From an uncultured Chloroflexia bacterium (GTDB taxonomy: Bacteria; Chloroflexota; Limnocylindria; Limnocylindrales; CSP1-4), in assembly GCA_963781705.1 (NCBI GenBank), contig CAWAGP010000010.1, positions 101,028 through 165,027 on the forward strand: a DNA stretch of 64,000 nt. Reading direction: 5' to 3'. Both the position numbers and the translations under genes were made by a program. Every line of letters begins with the position of its first letter. Positions within the stretch are counted from its first letter, which is position 1. The notes beneath the pieces were generated by a model that worked only from the letters and a program-made list of their open reading frames with translations, searched no databases and was not told the DNA's origin. Shown here one piece after another: positions 63,974-64,000 of the stretch.

Positions 63974-64000
63974 CGTACCAGCGCTCAGCGGCGGGGCCGA

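Overview
This is a 64 kb window of very GC-rich (~70%) bacterial chromosome, gene-dense on both strands. Gene content (F420/LLM oxidoreductase, DUF385 deazaflavin nitroreductase, DinB_2 proteins, KorAB, GH57) suggests an actinobacterial-type genome. It looks like core and accessory metabolism rather than a mobile island: I found no integrase, transposase, CRISPR array or restriction/defence hallmarks.

Content in order:
- partial homocysteine S-methyltransferase (MetH/MmuM-like N-terminus running off the left edge) with a 4-TM holin-family gene
- DUF885 protein, F420-type LLM oxidoreductase, GNAT
- glycogen cluster (GH57, GlgP, GlgA), with GlgA translationally overlapped by FabI
- KorAB 2-oxoglutarate:ferredoxin oxidoreductase bracketed by two CBS-domain proteins
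- ATP-grasp / esterase / Asp-box lipoprotein / S1C protease operon
- tRNA-Gly(UCC)
- AlkA-like glycosylase, RpiB, M50 site-2 protease with CBS pair, LOG-family protein
- cupredoxin plus 7Fe ferredoxin FdxA
- ABC-2 exporter
- a cytoplasmic cobalamin-binding protein followed by two tandem paralogous SAM-methyltransferases (the first with a Zn-ribbon)
- ProC and a proline dehydrogenase carrying a degenerate thioredoxin-like N-domain
- a near-complete tyrosine/homogentisate catabolic cluster (HppD, TetR, FAH, HmgA, DinB_2 candidate isomerase)
- CvpA, GAF-sensor kinase, MFS transporter, OmpR-type regulator, FAH-family protein, DMT transporter, M24 peptidase, CopA Cu-ATPase
- a secreted SpoIID/LytB protein with two DNRLRE domains and a long (PT)n linker
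- two FabF paralogues (one with a hotdog thioesterase, one directly after FabD)
- dihydroorotase-like amidohydrolase, an AraC-HTH/DinB fusion, AlkZ/YcaQ-like glycosylase, ArsR plus SRPBCC pair

All calls rest on motifs recognised by eye in the supplied translations; no database search was run. Many long antisense 'shadow' ORFs in the track were discarded.

Most interesting unexplained items:
- the cobalamin-binding protein with twin methyltransferases
- the DinB_2 candidate maleylacetoacetate isomerase in the homogentisate cluster
- CBS proteins flanking KorAB
- the ATP-grasp–esterase–lipoprotein operon
- a direct-repeat array in a divergent promoter
- a 413-nt repeat-rich intergenic region between fabF and a secreted protein gene
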